Shown here: positions 31,075 through 32,000 of the stretch, in pieces
Layout: every line of letters begins with the position of its first letter
How positions within the stretch are numbered: the first letter of the stretch is position 1
Assembly (NCBI GenBank): GCA_046350815.1
Contig: JAXLZO010000001.1
Span: forward strand, 1,251,674 to 1,283,673
Reading direction: 5' to 3'
DNA: 32,000 bases
From: Candidatus Saccharimonadota bacterium
Lineage (GTDB): Bacteria > Patescibacteriota > Gracilibacteria > BD1-5 > UBA2023
Notes under the pieces: model-generated
The model's input: the letters and a program-made list of their open reading frames with translations, nothing else
Databases searched by the model: none
Told to the model about the DNA's origin: nothing
Program-made: the position numbers and the translations under genes

Positions 31075-32000
31075 TTATGCAAAAACCTCTTCTGCTATCG
31101 TTTTTTCGATACTTTGAGAAAATATCTCAAGTGAATAAAAGAGATATTTGAGATTATTCACATAAAGTATGACGTCTGGGTCCATCATCCAAGTATTGAG
31201 TACTTTAAGAAGCTCTCAGGGTGAAATGATAGATGAAGAAACAGAGTAAGACTTTATACTATCAGAAAAAACCACAATTACATTTGAAGCAAAAACTTCG
31301 TATGTTATCCATATTTTTGAGGAAGCATTCATGTTATCAATAGACTCTTGCCACATATTGCTATGAGATATAATATGAGGCGTAGAAAAAGGAACCAGTG
31401 TTTTATCCTCAATATTCTTAACTCAAGGAGTAGATGTACTTGATGAAAATTTTTTCAAAAGTGAATGAAACTCCATCTTCGTAAGAAACTGTACAAAAGA
31501 TGGTAGTTGCAGACGATGAATTGATCAGATATAAGCATTTTCACTCGAAAACTTGACGTCTAAATCTATCATAACTGTTGCTAAATCAAGTGAGAGAAAA
31601 GCATTGTCACGTTCTGCACACAATACACTTTGCGTCTTCTCAGGCAACTCTCATAGATGCTCATATATTTGACTCAAATGTCCAAAGCGAGTAATAAGAT
31701 CAGCTGCTTTTTTCGGACCAAAACCTTTGATACCAGGAATATTATCCGAACTATCTCAGACAATAGCAAGATAGTCACGGACATACTTGCTCCCAACACC
31801 AAATTTCTCAACACACTCTTTTTCACGGGCAACGATCTTTTTCATGCCATCAACAATCTTCACATGCTCAGAGAGCACTTGATACATATCTTTGTCGCTT
31901 GAAAGAAGAGATATTTCACACTCACTTGATGAATATTGATGAGCAATACTTGCCATCACATCATCTGCTTCATGTCATTCGAGTATAATCATCGGTATTT
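31075..32000 (-). CDS. Pol I-type 5'-3' exonuclease (FEN-like) with a vestigial 3'-5' exonuclease-like tail; the N-terminus lies beyond the window end, and no polymerase domain follows
   Basis: The frame is open from 32000 to TAA at 31077-31075. I checked every codon below track ORF 31756-31959. Motifs: LE-G-HEADDVMASIA, SSDKDMYQVL, DYLAIV-G-DSSDNIPGIKGFGPKKAADLI. The C-terminal ~170 aa (…KIWITYEVFA…ILYVNNLKYLFYSLE…) resembles a degenerate 3'-5' exonuclease domain that lacks the DxE carboxylates. Confidence 0.8.

Noticed and set aside
1-32000. Standard-code reading, in which rpoB, rpoC, topA and most other genes would be pseudogenes broken by nonsense codons
   Set aside because: All internal stops are TGA and never TAA or TAG. 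Frames are maintained across them, and flanking pieces are collinear with full-length orthologue architecture. Wholesale decay would also produce frameshifts and the other stop codons.
1-32000. TGA = Trp (table 4, Mycoplasma/Spiroplasma-like) or TGA = selenocysteine
   Set aside because: TGA sits at positions that are invariant Gly (RpoC ARG and MRGL, TopA SAGRVQS, Nudix GGxxExGE, patatin GGGxRG, prepilin G/FTLxE). Trp is encoded by TGG where expected. The frequency, up to about 1 codon in 25, is far too high for Sec, and no SECIS-like context recurs.
1-32000. rRNA genes, tRNA genes, prophage blocks or known defence systems (restriction-modification, CRISPR-Cas, toxin-antitoxin pairs)
   Set aside because: I found no cloverleaf-capable GC-rich 70-90-nt segments in intergenic regions, no rRNA-like sequence and no recognisable phage or defence gene motifs after re-translation. 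This is a by-eye assessment and should be confirmed with tRNAscan-SE, Infernal and defence-system finders under table 25.

Overview
This is a low-GC bacterial chromosome segment that can only be read if TGA encodes glycine (NCBI translation table 25). That code is known from Gracilibacteria/BD1-5 and Absconditabacteria/SR1 in the CPR/Patescibacteria. The supplied standard-code ORF track is therefore badly fragmented. I re-read both strands by hand, treating only TAA and TAG as stops.

The reconstructed genes are:
- Core genes: rpoB-rpoC, topA, a minimal J-domain protein, a Nudix hydrolase, a patatin-like lipase and the 3' part of a Pol I-type 5'-3' exonuclease gene that ends without a polymerase domain.
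- A decaying arginine remnant: a frameshifted, start-less GNAT gene plus a C-terminally truncated argH.
- An 8-nt-overlapping pair: a 785-aa coiled-coil protein with an HExxH motif, and a secreted C39-like cysteine peptidase.
- Many secreted or surface proteins: an Ig-like repeat protein, a protein with a TSP1-like module and BspA-type LRRs, a WG-repeat lipoprotein and a GerMN-like protein.

The most interesting points are:
1. The recoding itself. TGA falls on invariant glycines in RpoC, TopA, the Nudix box, the patatin GGGxRG motif and a prepilin cleavage site.
2. Two tandem paralogous giant modular pilins, each a type IV prepilin N-terminus fused to adhesin modules. One carries BspA-type LRRs; the other carries classic LRRs plus a 7-blade RCC1 propeller.
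3. A code-25-adapted IS1595 element with perfect 15-bp TIRs and a 7-bp target duplication. Its in-silico excision restores one intact membrane-protein ORF.
4. An argH whose premature TAA sits where homologues have Gly, which fits a TGA-to-TAA mutation.
5. A consensus promoter followed by a structured ~125-nt RNA and an intrinsic terminator.

I saw no rRNA, tRNA or CRISPR array. All protein-family calls rest on motifs I could read by eye, not on searches.
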